Shown here: positions 41,741 through 41,833 of the stretch, in pieces | Numbering within the stretch: position 1 is the stretch's first letter | How the letters are laid out: the number at the start of each line of letters is the position of its first letter | From: Kofleriaceae bacterium | Lineage (GTDB): Bacteria > Myxococcota_A > Polyangia > Haliangiales > Haliangiaceae | Direction: 5' to 3' | Length of the DNA: 41,833 nt | Assembly: GCA_043777635.1 (NCBI GenBank) | Contig: JAYWHS010000602.1 | Coordinates: 1 to 41,833 of the forward strand | Position numbers and translations under genes: made by a program | Notes under the pieces: model-generated | What the model was told of the DNA's origin: nothing | The model's database searches: none | What the model saw: only the letters and a program-made list of their open reading frames with translations

Positions 41741-41833
41741 GTAGTGTCCCCATAATCGGTTTTAAAAAGTTGGATCATTTCGATCGGTTAGCAAATTGTA
41801 GCTTGGCGGGGATCGCCAAGACCTGCATTATTT

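Noticed and set aside
1-41833. tRNA, rRNA, tmRNA, integrase, transposase or att-type boundaries.
   Set aside because: A by-eye scan for T-loop cores (GGTTCGAAT / GGTTCAAAT and complements) gave only isolated matches without complementary stems, for example near 2431 and 2538. No recombinase-like ORFs are in the track. A tRNAscan/Infernal run would be the decisive check.

Overview
This is a GC-rich chromosomal segment, roughly 60% GC by eye and not computed. It carries several Myxococcota hallmarks: a MYXO-CTERM-type sorting tail, MopE-like 'C-x-x-x-D-x-D-C-D-G' repeats, an FGE-sulfatase domain, a eukaryotic-like Ser/Thr kinase, and many lipobox or Tat signal peptides. I can support about 32 protein-coding genes. 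I found no rRNA, tRNA, CRISPR array, integrase, transposase, reverse transcriptase, helicase or ATPase, so no canonical defence or mobile system is visible. The only selfish-element trace is a frameshifted DUF222/HNH endonuclease gene next to a sharp AT-rich tract. Housekeeping or recognisable genes are an amidase, hisS, a PhoD-like phosphatase, an RlmK-like methyltransferase, a DTW tRNA-modification enzyme, an acyl-CoA dehydrogenase and an LMW-PTP. Five things deserve a second look. (1) A 218-bp composite of two opposed arrays of contiguous 8-bp repeats sits flush against the hisS stop codon. (2) A roughly 15.7-kb same-strand envelope gene block spans 22551-38217. It holds a translationally coupled vWA/Cys-repeat/MYXO-CTERM protein plus a Cys-repeat/FGE-sulfatase protein. 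It also holds a start/stop-overlapping chain of HAMP-PP2C, TonB-dependent receptor, TPR protein and orphan PhnD-like binding protein, followed by two paralogous lipoproteins. (3) A bacterial PHM/DBH-like copper monooxygenase has all six Cu ligands at eukaryote-like spacing and lies downstream of a Tiki/TraB/GumN-like protein. (4) A lipoprotein is built of six near-identical 19/20-aa four-Cys repeats. (5) A cytochrome operon has a CX6CH variant of the heme-attachment motif, a pentaheme lipoprotein and a NicO-like transporter. All domain calls are by-eye motif recognition on the supplied translations; no database search was run.
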